Assembly (NCBI RefSeq): GCF_964355755.1
Contig: NC_092674.1
Coordinates: 15,934,001-15,998,000 of the forward strand
Length of the DNA: 64,000 nucleotides
Direction of reading: 5' to 3'
Source: Antedon mediterranea
Taxonomy: Eukaryota; Animalia; Echinodermata
The translations under genes and the position numbers were made by a program. The notes beneath the pieces are model-generated. The model did no database searches. It had not been told where the DNA came from and saw only the letters and a list, made by a program, of their open reading frames with translations. This document shows positions 1-12,400 of the stretch, piece by piece (the stretch's first letter is position 1; every line of letters starts with the position of its first letter).

Positions 1-329
1 AGGCCTAGCTAGGCCTAGACTAGGAACCTAGCCAGGCCTATAGACCTACGTGATAATTTAAAAACATACGTAATTGAATAATGTCCTTATAGAAAATGTT
101 TTTTTGCCCGTTTCTGTCCCTTAGTTGTTGCAAAATATGTTCTTTCCATCCTATGTTAGGCTTATCCATCTTTTGTTTTTAAAAACCAGAAAGGAGGTTC
201 ATCAGCTGCGATGAAGGAGCTAGATGGATGGTGGCAAAGATAGTGTACTACACTATCTTTGATGGTGGAGAGGAACAGGCTAGCACACTCACCGAACGAG
301 GGCGTTTTTACGACAGCAATGCATAATAT

Positions 330-1730
330 TCATATTTTGCATATATCAGATCTTAAGATCTTATATAGAACATATTCATTCTGTCTTGCATTCGATACTT
401 TTGGTTTCTGTATTTTTAACTGATGACCCTTTGTACTGAACACTCTACTTATCTTAAAAAATTTACTGACATCTACTTTTATTTATTTATTTGAGCATAT
501 CGGCCCACCGTCTTCTGAAAGATAGTGTCGGAAGTTTTAAGTATTTGAGTCTCTGTATATAGCTGAACTTTTTCAAGGATATCTTCATCTTTTTTAGTCG
601 CGTGCAACGCGACTCTACAGCTCACTATGTTAAACCATTGAGCTCTGGGTTTGTCTATTTTCTTTACTAATGGTACAAATTTGTCAACACGTTTTCCATA
701 TATTTCCAAGCCGATTCACCTGTAACATTCTCTATTCTTCTGCCCAATTTGTGTTTTGGAGCCGCCTGATTATTGATTTGTAATCCGCCTTATAGTATCT
801 TCTTGTATATATTTCTCTATCTTCTTGTTTGTTTTCAATCAGCAAATCAAAAATAATAGATAGGGCCTACATAATCACTTTTCCCGATCGGTTGTTGAAG
901 TTCTAAATCTTGGATTAAGTCCTCTCCATTCGTAATCAAAATAAATCATTATACAATCCAAGAATTTTTCTACCTCACTATTGCCGAACCCTGTACTGGG
1001 TTTAGATTATCGCGAAAATATCGCGAAAATTAAAGTCACCAACAATAAGTGAATAGTCAAAATTTAGACTATGTATTTCCTATATTAAATTTCTTAAATT
1101 TAAATTGTTCAGCTCGTCACTTGATAGGCTACAGTACACACAACCATTAATTACACTTGTTTTGTAACCACACAGACTCTTCGTAAAGTATGATCAAAAT
1201 TTACAATCGACGCAGAATAAATATTCTTTACGTACATATGGTCACACCTCGCTTCTAAACCTCTGGAACAAATAATTGGTATCCTTCTAAAAGTAACTCG
1301 CAACTTTATATTTCCTCCGGTGACCTTTTAAGTAAAATTTCTGTTAACAAAACCAAATCAGGGTCTTGAAAAATAACTTTCGCTTGAAGTTCTTTTCTCT
1401 TATTCATTACGGAATTTCTTTTTCTTAATTTCTTTTTCTGATTAATACGTTTTTTCCCCTCAGAATTTGTGCCTTATACTTCTCTCTCTCAGTTTTGTTC
1501 GATCCTTGGATATTTGTACAGATTCTGGCTTTATATTTCTCAGTTTTTTAAAGACTTCATAACATGTACTGATTTGATCCATCACTACTTTCAACGGTTT
1601 GCATTTTTCTTAATCTCTTTTCCCAAGTCGGTACACTGCTTTAACTTCGTTTGCGTCGAAAGATCTCATTCAACTGATCTCTGTGTCGTCCTGTTTTCTT
1701 GTTTCAAAAATTAGATCATGGTATCATAAC
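330..1730 (-). mobile_element. Degenerate, internally deleted CR1-type LINE (ORF1 end, APE endonuclease, ORF2 C-terminus)
   Basis: Broken-frame peptides VKAVYRLGKR..KPLKVV (ORF1), NSVMNKRKELQA..DPDLVLLTEI..GYQLF..RGV and EDLIQDLELQQPIGKSD (endonuclease), KFFKISRVFSTKGHQLKIQKP (ORF2 end). Confidence 0.75.
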
Positions 1731-2337
1731 TTTTGAATTTCCCCGACGGAGGGGCCGAAGTCCCCGACGGGGGCCGGAGACATGCACGCGGACCTAGTAT
1801 CAATTGGATATGGTTGTCTAGGGGGTCCCGGGACGGAGCCATGCCGCATCACAGAGGCCTTAGGTCAATGGGTGCAAATATAGGTCCCCGAAAAATGTAC
1901 TCTGAGGTGAGGTAAGGACATTTTGAAAAATAGAGCTGCTAGGTCCCCGCCCTGAAATTACACGTATACTTTGAAAAAGTCTGGCTATAATGGAAAGGAA
2001 AATAGGCCTCATTTTTAGATACACCGAAATCAACTAGGGTAGTAAACATTGCTGTCGAACTACGAGTATTTGCGTGCTTTCGCTGATAGCTTTCCGGGAA
2101 TTTCCCTTTTAAAATTCCATTGTACGAATTTGCTATTGTTCCTGCTTCTTCGCCTATTAGGCCTACGCATCATGGGTGGAGCCTCCGGAAACTCCAGATG
2201 ATATTAATTTAAGGGTAGTTTTAGTCGTATTTAAAGTTGAAAATCCTTGATTTGACACACTCAGTAAGGGTATTGTTTTATTTTTGTTAAAACCATGTTC
2301 AAATGTAGTCAATACTCCCCGACAAGTGGGAAGCTCT

Positions 2338-2545
2338 CCACGACGGGGAGAGTGGGGCAGCTCTCCACGACGGGGAGGTGGAGCTCTCTACGACGGGGAG
2401 GTGGAGCTCTCCACGACGGGGAGGTGGAGCTCCCTACGACGGGGAGGTGGAGCTCTCTACGACGGGGAGGTGGAGCTCTCCACACGACGGGGAGGTGGAG
2501 CTCTCTACGACGGGGAGGTGGAGCTCTCTACGACGGGGAGGGAAG
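2338..2545 (+). repeat. GC-rich minisatellite, 23-bp unit CGACGGGGAGGTGGAGCTCTCTA, about 8-9 copies
   Basis: Read directly; explains the repetitive ORFs at 2284-2670. Confidence 0.95.
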
Positions 2546-2589
2546 CTTTCCCCGATCGGGGGAGGACTTGTGCCACCTCTGAATACATG

Positions 2590-3850
2590 GCATGTTTACA
2601 TTCAATTAATGTAATCGTCTTAGCACATTTTAGTCTACGGCGTTGGCCTGGCTTACGACGTGCACATTGAGGAGAAATGGGGAAAGTTAGAATCCCATCA
2701 GAAGTTGTTATTGTCTTTTTTCTCTTTGGTACATTCATAAAATTGTTGAAGTGTTTATCCTTGTCTGCTTTTGTTTTTTTAACCCAATTAAAATAATCAA
2801 CCCTGAATCTGGCAACCCATGGTGACAAATTAAAACTCCCTTGTCCATAAGTAGCTCTGCGAATGTTACATAAGTTGAGCTTAACAATTTTCCATATTTT
2901 ACCGATTAAATCTGGAATCTTTTCCGTTTTCCAGATTGTCGTCAGTTTTAAAATATTGTTCCTCGACTCACATGAGTTATTTTTCCAGTCTAGTGGGATC
3001 CAATTACCTCTGCTGTGAGGTTGTGTTAGGAATTTGAATATGGTAGGCTATCTGAAACTATGGAAATGTTGTACAAAATATTGAACTTCCTTAGTAAACC
3101 GATCATTCATAAACATTGCCGTTTTTCTGTAGACTCCTGGCAGCTAATTAATCCATTAGTTTCATTAAATATATCAATAATAATTTGCTTTTGTGTATTT
3201 TCCTTTACACCGATTGTGTCGTCAAACGTTTTTTTTTTTAATGTTGCGTACGCAACACTAAAGATGAATTCGGAAAGGCTTCTGTGACTGCTTTTGTTAT
3301 CGCTGCCTCTTCATCAGACCCAAATATCAGTTGTTGGCCTCCCACCATCGTACCAACTATTCAATTGTCTAATTGTCCTTTAGTGTAGCATAACATGTAT
3401 GACACGATGTGTATAGTTCATCCCAGTGCAATAAAATTGGTCCGAGCATGATAGGGTGCATATTTGTTCCTTTTCGAGTAAGATTTGTATTGTGGTAGAC
3501 GGTAGTTGTGACGTAGCATGGCCCCAAATTGAATGTTCTGTCGATGCCTCGTACACTTGGATTTGATGCAGAGCCCGTACAGAATTTAGAAATATGTTTT
3601 AATTGTTCTTCGTAATATAGAATAACCTATGGGGGCTTTCCTTTGTTGAGAAATATAATACTCGTGATACGTGTTAATCAATGTCTGAATATCGTCTGCT
3701 GTATTTTTTTCGATGTTGGTCAGGATTTGCGGATTTGGTATATTTCATGTTTTGTACTTGGGTTTTTCGCCAGATGTTTAAGTTCGCGCATCTCAGATTG
3801 GCATTCTAATATGTTTGTTATTCTTTTTTTGTAGTCATTATTATCCTTTA
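2590..3850 (-). mobile_element. Mutator-like (MULE) DDE transposase relic
   Basis: Translation gives GKPP*VILYYEEQLKHISKFC..SVRGIDRTFNLGPCYVT..LGPILLHWD..GSDEEAAITKAVTEAFP..WKNNSCESRNNILK..RRATYGQG; MULE D-D-E pattern with stops and frameshifts. Confidence 0.8.
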
Positions 3851-3859
3851 AAAAAAGCA

Positions 3860-4790
3860 TAGGCTAATACCTGCGGAATGTAATCATATTTTTCCGAGTT
3901 GGTTGAGGTACAAGTGCTACGGCAATATACACCATTTGCTTGTACAATATATATAAAAAAACGTGTTCCACATTAATCATGCATGAGTGCGTGGTTGAAT
4001 ACGACTTTTGATCTCATACTCCACAGTCATTGACGTATGTTGCCTTTTTCTTTTTTTGATCGACGCAATACATTAACGGTGTCGTCTAATAAAAAAAAAT
4101 ATATTTTTCTTTAGTCCACCTGGAAGACTACTGCCGCTGGGTTCTTTTTGATACACATGCATGATTTCTTCAATTCAAGGGTTAAAAATGTATTCGATCC
4201 TTTTATTGCTTCGTCCATTTAATTATTCTGATTATGTTTACATTGTAATCATTATCATTTAAAATGCTGTTATTAATTTTCCAAAGTCCAGGACCTTTTT
4301 CTGCTTGGTGGTTTACAATTTTAAGGGAGATTGCTTGATGATCAGAACAAATAGATGGGCTAATGTCGCAAGACACAATTTCACCGTTTTTATAGAGGGC
4401 ATTCGAAACACACCAAAAATCTAACCTTCTGTATGTTTTCTTTTGTCTGCACGTATACTGAGTTTTGTTTTTGTGGCATTGTCTCCATATGTCAATTAAT
4501 TTAAGTATTTACACTGTTCTTTTGATCAAGATTACGTTGTAATAAACAATTCATATCACCGCCAATTGTGATATGCTCATCAACACTACAAAGAGAATCG
4601 ATCTTCTTTTAAAGTTTTTTAAAGAATAACGATCTTTCTTTGTCCGATATACTCTAAACTTAAAATAAGTAGTCTACCTTCCTCATCTCAGTATTTACAA
4701 CTGATGTCATTTATGTCAAAATTAGACTTCAATAGCATTTAAACGTCTCTGCTATTTTTCGTTCCAAAGCTATCCTTGGAACAGTTTGTT
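3860..4790 (-). mobile_element. L1/Tx1-clade LINE relic (APE endonuclease region)
   Basis: YRRLDFWCVSNAL..CDISPSICSDHQAISLKI..EKGPGLWKINNSIL is typical of Tx1/L1 ORF2; boundaries approximate. Confidence 0.75.
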
Positions 4791-4897
4791 ATTTGTATTA
4801 GCTCAGTGAGTAAAACGCCGTGCCGTGGCCATTGACATTAATGCTTAGTAGGTTCGAGTTCGAATCCGCGATATGTGTAAATAATAGGCTAATCTCC

Positions 4898-5050
4898 GGG
4901 TGTCTAGAAAACTCAGACCTAGAAAACTCAGATCTCAGATATATCTGAGTTTTATAGATCTAGAAAACTCAGATATCTGAGTTTTCTAGATCTAGAAATT
5001 CAGATATATCTGAGATCTGAGTTTTCTAGATCTGAGTTTTCTAGACACCC
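4898..5050. mobile_element. 153-bp palindromic MITE with 9-bp TSD (Mutator-like)
   Basis: GGGTGTCTAGAAAACTCAGA...TCTGAGTTTTCTAGACACCC flanked by CTAATCTCC at 4889-4897 and 5051-5059. Confidence 0.9.
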
Positions 5051-6489
5051 CTAATCTCCGCTTAAAGCAAAACATGTAAACCACAATGTAATTACAAAAG
5101 TAACAAAAAAGATACCAAACCTCACGCAATGGTTTCAAAATAATAAAACCATTGAAATATAAAAAAAAATGCAAATGGAAAAAAAACACACACAAACAAA
5201 CGATTCCAAATACGTTGTTGAACAACTTAACAATGTTTTTTCATTCGATATGTGTCCACTTTTTTATTGTATGTATCAAATAATGAATACACCAAATAAA
5301 AACATTCAAAATAATATATATAATTTAAACAGCACAATTTTTGTTTAGCGTCTTTTATTTTCGTAAAGTCTGAACAGTAAAAAGTAAAGTCTAAAGTTCC
5401 ATATCCAGTATTGCTTTCATTTTTAAGCTTACAGATATTTTTAAAAAGTGAAGGGACACTGTATAACAAAATCAATGGTCATAAAATAGTTCAGAATTTT
5501 ATTCTTGATACAATTTGTTTTTATTTTGATAATTGGTCAAAGTACTTTGATCAGAGTGCGCTTTTATTATACATGCAAAGTATAACCACATATTAAGGCA
5601 GAAAATACCATGTGGCGGCGGAGAACGAGTTACTGCTAGCTAAATCCTGCTGATCGATAGGAATACATAAGGCAATTTGGTGTCAAAATACTTCAAAAAC
5701 CCAGGTTTCTTTTTTTCACTCTGGTATACTAAATGCGATTAACGTGGTGTTTTACCTTAGACCTTAATCACTACATTTTAATGAGAAGTAATTTTACATT
5801 GATCCAAATAGCCCCGAAAAATGTCTTGATGGACAGAATCATACCATTTCATCAGTATGGGTATGAGGCCATGGCAATGCCATGACAGGTAAAATTCATT
5901 CAAAATTGCTCGGATGCTCAACAGACCAACCAAGCCCCAATTTTAAACTATATATCTGATGATATATTTTCCTGTCTGTTTGGGCTTTTGCCTGTTTTCA
6001 CTCCTTTTATTCATTGGTAACCTAACAGATTTTATTATTATTATTTTTTTTTTTAATATTAATGTTAAAGATGAGTCCTCCAAAAAAATGCCACGCCTTC
6101 TTTATATGGCTAATGTCCATGTTTAAACTTTGCAGCCATACAAATTCTGAAATGTTTCCTCCTCTGCAGTGCCATTTAATCTAGCAGATACCTCTACTGG
6201 TTGATTTGGTTTTTTTTTTACAGTTGAGCCGCACTACATTTTTTTTGTGTAGGCCTATAGGTCTGGAGTACATAATTTATCTTTTTCTAATCAAAATTCT
6301 CCAAAATCGAAAATACTTTAGACTATGATGGTTAACTAAATAAGGGCATACAGTGACATTTAGGTGATTTGTCAAATGACACATTGTGACCCATTTGATA
6401 CATGAACTTATGGCCTCATATTATATCTATACTGATGAATAGGTCAAAACCATGTTTTTGTGAAACTTTTCCATTAGAGAAGTTTACTG

Positions 6490-8040
6490 GTAACCGCGGT
6501 CAAGTCAAGTCGACCCCAACCACCTCAAGTCAACTCGGCGTCACACCAACTCGACCAAAAACTAATCGGTCAACTCGGCCCAAATAAAACATGGAACGCA
6601 ATATTATTATAATGACTATCCACGCTTTAAAAACAAAATGAATAAATAAAAAATACTCATAAAAAATTATCTCATTACCTATCAATACGTGCAGGTATTT
6701 TAGTAAATCGAAGACGTCACCATTTGGCCATAAAAGAACGATTGTAGGCCTATAATTGTGATTCGAGAATAATTGAGCGTTTAAAACAAATATCCTCTGT
6801 CAGCGAAAACCGTACGTAGCATTTGATCGAAAAGCTGTCAAGGTGCTACGTTGGTTTATGTTGTCGCCTAATGCATACATTTTACTGAGGAAATCTATGC
6901 GTGATTCAACCATAGGGTTATTATTGTATACCTCCATGATTCAACCATGGATTATTAATTAATAGTAATATATAATACTGTATATAGGTTCCATGGCTCT
7001 TGACGACAGAGAGTGTGGACCGCCCACAATGTTACAAAATAAACAAAAGGCTTCTTAGCGGTGAATCCGAAATTACAATGTACCCCATCCCAGTGCAAAG
7101 ATAGTGTAGACTATCTTCTTTTCCCAGTGCCAGTGGTATTGTGATTGTAAAGGAAGGGGAACGGCGAATATGATATGTGCACTAAATTGTCGTGCGATAT
7201 TCATCCGGATTGCGTTGGAGTACAAGAACCTGACTGGATATAATAAAAACTCTTTATAATAATATAAAATCTTTATTTTAAAACGGAGGCTCGTTCACAA
7301 CAAAATGTCTTCTTCCACGAGGCCGTATGAAAGAAATAAAACTACAATATCACAATTATCAAACTGATGAAAAAAGAAACATTTTTATAAAATGTATAAC
7401 TTTCAAAACTTCTTCGCGTGCCGTTAAAGTAAATGAAAGGAATGTTTTTGCTCGCCCTCATGGTTTACAAAATGTTTTCAGGGATGATGGGGTGCGGCCG
7501 GTACAGAACATAAAATAATTATTGTTCCTGATAACAAAGAAGCAGATTAAAATATAGTTGTTTACTGTATTTGAACGAAGAAGAAGCTTTCTATATGATT
7601 CTAGATACCTACTCACTAGTGGCGTAAAATAGTCTAGACTATCTGGCTCAGGCCATATCCTCCTTCATTGTTACCGCGTACAGCAACCCATATTACTAGC
7701 TAACTACACTCCCCTACTTAATACATTACTAATTTAAAAATAACAAAAGAGAGAACAAAATATATAAACAGAAACCTTTAATTACATTTATGCTAGCAGT
7801 AGAAAATAAACATAATCAATCATTTTTGGAATTTTGCATTGGTTTTTCTATTTTTTCTGTTTATATTATGTGTTGGGTTTTCCAATTTTAATACATCATG
7901 CATACCTACACATACATCTTTTGCGTTCCATACTTTAATGGTTGACCGATTAGTTTTTGGCCAAGTTGCTGTGAGACCGAGTTGACTTGTGGTCAAGTTG
8001 ACTTATGGCCCGAGACGTTTTAGGGCCGACTTGAATTGAA
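6490..8040. mobile_element. Non-autonomous TIR DNA element with GTCAACTCGG-type subterminal repeats, containing a LINE 3' fragment (~7265-7620, minus)
   Basis: CCAAAAACTAATCGGTCAAC (~6555-6574) is inverted as GTTGACCGATTAGTTTTTGG (~7941-7960); exact ends and TSD unclear. Confidence 0.65.
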
Positions 8041-9386
8041 ATCTTTCCACTTATACAATGACAAAATAAATGGTTAAATTCAACCAAAACCAATTTTAAA
8101 ATATTTTTTCTTTAAAGAAAATTACAGTTTTTTCAGGTAAAAAAACGTGTTTGATCTCATCCAGGTTAATAACTATTATGCAACTTTAAAATGGCATATT
8201 CTCCAAAAATTCTTTTTTCAAATTATAAATTAAAAATAAATTACAGCAATAGCAATACACTTACAGTATTTGATTATGTATTTGAAAAAGAAAATATATG
8301 GAAGCATTTATATAAAAATATGCTTTTATGTACAGCATCTATGTACAAAAATACTTTGCTATAACACAACAAATACTTTTGAATTTAAATTAAATGCAAA
8401 AAATATTACTGGTTCCAAAGATATTAATTTGTTTGGGTAAACCTGTGAATTCACATTAACATTAACATTGCTTTATATTAATTATAGTATATTAATATTA
8501 GGCTTGGTAACATTATTTAAGATCACACTAACTTGAACACTCTAAGTGAGCTAATGTACCTTTTGTGTAAGATTGATGTACAGTCACATGTTAATGATAA
8601 TTAATTCTTCTTTTTGACAGTTACTATTTTGTTAGAATTTACAATTCGGTTTTGTTACTTTCAGGCCAGAAGTCAGACAGATAACTCATTTCAGGAAAAA
8701 TATAACAGAAGCCAGATTGCCATATAACAATGATGCAAGAAGTGAACAAAGTCAATTCAAATATCATAATGTTCAGAAATAATGAAAAGATTAAGTTGAC
8801 ACATAAATTAATCATAACTATAATAGAATACTTAATATACTATATTATATTTTGTAAAGCTTAATTACAAACCAATGCAATTTTTTAAAACTGATATTAT
8901 TCAAGTAACTAATTAAGGAAATACAGTTCATTACATAACCATGTACTGAATACCTGATACCTGTAACAGATAAAAATGTTTCCAAAACACACCTCTATTA
9001 AATAATCATGGCACTTACTACAGTTATCTCAATTTGCACAATTATTCTAAATGAAACACATACTAGAGTTTATAGCATGAATTATTACATTGTCATATGT
9101 AATGTACAGATCAGACTGTTTGCTAAAACAAAAACATTTTAATTGGTTAATATAGTGTATGCGGATTGTGTGTGTGCAATTAGTACTGAGATGGTAAAGT
9201 CAGCAGGTAACTTGCTAACTTTTAACACATGTATATGATTATTCTATTCAAAGAATATACTTAGTTTAATGTAAGTAAAACAAAAAGCTCACTAATGAAC
9301 TTCAAGTTTCCTGCTACAGCTTAAAATATATGTTTAGAAAATGACTTGATACAGTAGTTGTTTTTCAGGAAAGATGACAATGACAT

Positions 9387-9456
9387 TCACCTGTCAGTTA
9401 GTAGCTCACCATATTGACCTCCAAACATGTAGTTGTCATCACCAATAGGAGAATGT
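9387..9456 (-). CDS. RASA3: RASA3-like terminal coding exon 24 ([22 protein letters not shown])
   Basis: gtatag acceptor; PIGD motif; TGA at 9389-9387. The 3' UTR end could not be determined. Confidence 0.85.
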
Positions 9457-12400
9457 CTATACAAATGTAAAATGTACAGTAAGAAAATATAGGCACTGTG
9501 GATACAGAATTAGTTAAAGCCCCCTTCCTTACGTTTTTTAGATCTAATTTAAGATCACAAACTATATTTAATGTAAAAATAATACTATATGGTCCTATTG
9601 CGATAACTTTTTTTGTCTTTAAACGGTTAAAAATGTGAAAAATAAGTCGATTCTAATAATTATAGCGGCCCGCTATAAATCCCAAAATGCATTGCGCGCG
9701 GATTGATATTTTTGTTTTTCACCTGTAATTCGCCCACTTTTCGATCGATCGTGAGGCCAAAATAAATTGAAGACTCCTAACTTTTCAGCGAAAATACCGG
9801 GTTTTCCCCAATTTGTATCAATGGAGTCTGGCAAAAATAGAAAGACAATTAATGCAGCAACTATACAACCTCAGGCTAGGTATATAGCTAGCGTATGATG
9901 TTCGTACGTTACCGATGTTTACCAGCTAGGCCTACAAAACTAAGCCTAGCTAGGCTAGGCCTAAGACAGTCCATGAGAGGTCGATCCCCGCGAGCTACTT
10001 AGGTAGTGCATTGTTTCTCACTTTTTATCATAATTTACCATAAAACGTACATTTAAGACAAGGAATGGCATGGTTTAATGTTTTTAAAGTGATATATATG
10101 TATTATTTTTCAAAAAACTTCCAAATTTGCAGGGAAGGCGTCTTTAACAAAAGCATCAATGTTACAGGAGCTCACAATTTAAAAACAAGTAGGTAAATTT
10201 ATGGGCCCTTGGGGGATTGTTGAACCCACAAATGTGAAAACGCCCACAAATGTGAAAACAACCACAAATGTGAAAACGCATCACCCACAAATGTGAAAAC
10301 AACCACAAATGTGAAAACGCATCACCCACAAATGTGAAAACAACCACAAATGTGAAAACGCATCAACCACAAATGTGAAAACAGCGCCCACAAATGTGAA
10401 AACGATCATCGCCCACAAATGTGATAACGCCCACAAATGTAAAGAAAAGAGAGACTTTTTCGCCCACAAATGTAAAAAAAATCAGATCAAATTTAATGCT
10501 AGATTCAGACAAACATTATATCATGATTGTATTGAGTTGTTTGTTCACGATACGTCTGTAAGGGTCGTCGTTAACACGTTGGATTATTATCATTTGCTGC
10601 TCATGCGCGCGATATTTGCACGTTAACTCGTTTGTTTAATGAACGTAATAGTTCAAGAAAATATTTGTTATTTGCTGCGCGCGTGCACCATACTTCAAGG
10701 TCAAGGCCATGTTATATCATTGTTGCTTCTAGTGTGTGGTTGTTGGCTTACTATTATGTACGTATAGTTATAAGTCGATGTTCGTTATTTTTTTTGCGCG
10801 CTCACACGATACAACAAGGTCAAGGTTAACTTGCTACTTGTATGTAGTGTGTGGTTATTAACTCGTTGGCTTTCTGTTATGAACGTATAGTTCCAAGTCG
10901 ATGCTCGATTCGATGTTTTTGGGCGCGTACACGATACCACAAGGTCAAGGTCATATATACTATTGCTACTTGTAAGTGTTAACTCGTTGGCTTATTGTTA
11001 TGTACGTATAATTCCAAGTCGATGGTCGATTCGATGTTTTTTGTGCGCGTGCACGATACTACAAGGTCATATATCATTGCTGCTTGAAGTGCAGTTGGGT
11101 TTACTATATTAGTATTATGTACGTATTATAGCTCCAAGTCGATGCTCGGTGTACACGATACTACAAGATCAATGCTATACTCGTCGTTCAGTTATTGACC
11201 GTGTAGTATCGTGCAGTTATTGACCTTGTAGTATCGTGCACGCCCGCAAAACATCGAACTTCGACTTGAAACTATACGTTAACAACCACACACCACAAGT
11301 AGCAATGGTATACAAGTCATGACCTTTGTAGTATCGTGCACGCGAACAAAAAACATCGAATCGAACATCGACTTGGAACTACACGAACATAACAATAAGC
11401 CAACGAATTAACTCCACAAGTAGCAATAGTATATTATGAACTTGACCTTGTGGTATCGTGTACGCGCACAAAAACATCGAATCGAGCATCGACTTGAACT
11501 ATACGTACATAACAGTATTAAGCCAACGAGTTAATAACCACACACTACATACAAGTAGCAATTTAACCTTGACCTTTTAGTATCGTGTGCACGCGCAAAA
11601 AAACATCGAACATCGATTTATAACTATACGTCCTATACGCGCGCAGCAAATAACAAATATTGTCTTGAACTATTACGTTCATTAAACAAACGAGTTAACG
11701 TGCAAATATCGCGCGCATGAGCAGCAAATTATAATAATCCAACGCGTTAACCACGACCCTAACAGACGTATCGTGAACAAACAATTATTGAAACAACTCA
11801 ATACAATCATGATATAATGTAGTACCTCGATCAAAATTGTTTGAGTCTAGCATTAAATTTGATCTGATTTTTTTTTTACATTTGTGGCCGAAAAATTCTC
11901 ATTTTTTTTTACATTTGTGGGCGTTATCACATTTGTGGGCGATGATCGTTTTCACATTTGTGGGCGCTGTTTATTACATTTGTGGTTGATGCGTTTTCAC
12001 ATTTGTGGTTGTTTTCACATTTGTGGGTGATGCGTTTTCACATTTGTGGTTGTTTTCACATTTGTGGGTGATGCGTTTTCACATTTGTGGTTGTTTTCAC
12101 ATTTGTGGGCGTTTTTACATTTGTGGGTTCAACAGGGATGAACTTAAAACCTTTGAAATATAGTATTGCAATACTTTGACAATACAGTTAATACGTATTA
12201 AGCATTTTTGGTCACTATTTGAATGAAAAATTTCTTACTGTAAGTGTGAGTACAATAGATATACAAAGTATTAAATTGCAAATGCTTTACTGTAATTAGT
12301 GGTATAATTATTATTTATAGGCCTAAACAACAACATGAACAAAATATTTCGTTACTGGATAAAGAATATATGTAAAAATTGTTCCCCTTTGTACTCATCC

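Noticed and set aside
2284-2670. Three overlapping ORFs with RRGGGALYDGE repeats
   Set aside because: They are translations of the 23-bp minisatellite in all frames.
4799-4872. tRNA gene (TAGCTCAGTGAG...GTTCGAATCC)
   Set aside because: A- and B-box-like motifs are present but there is no coherent cloverleaf; more likely a decayed SINE head. The other tRNA-like segments continue into SINE bodies.
6946-6995. Another CATGG..CCATG P-like footprint
   Set aside because: No matching flanking duplication.
10162-10829. Short ORFs with FHICG/FSHLW repeats
   Set aside because: They derive from the tandem units of the foldback element arm.
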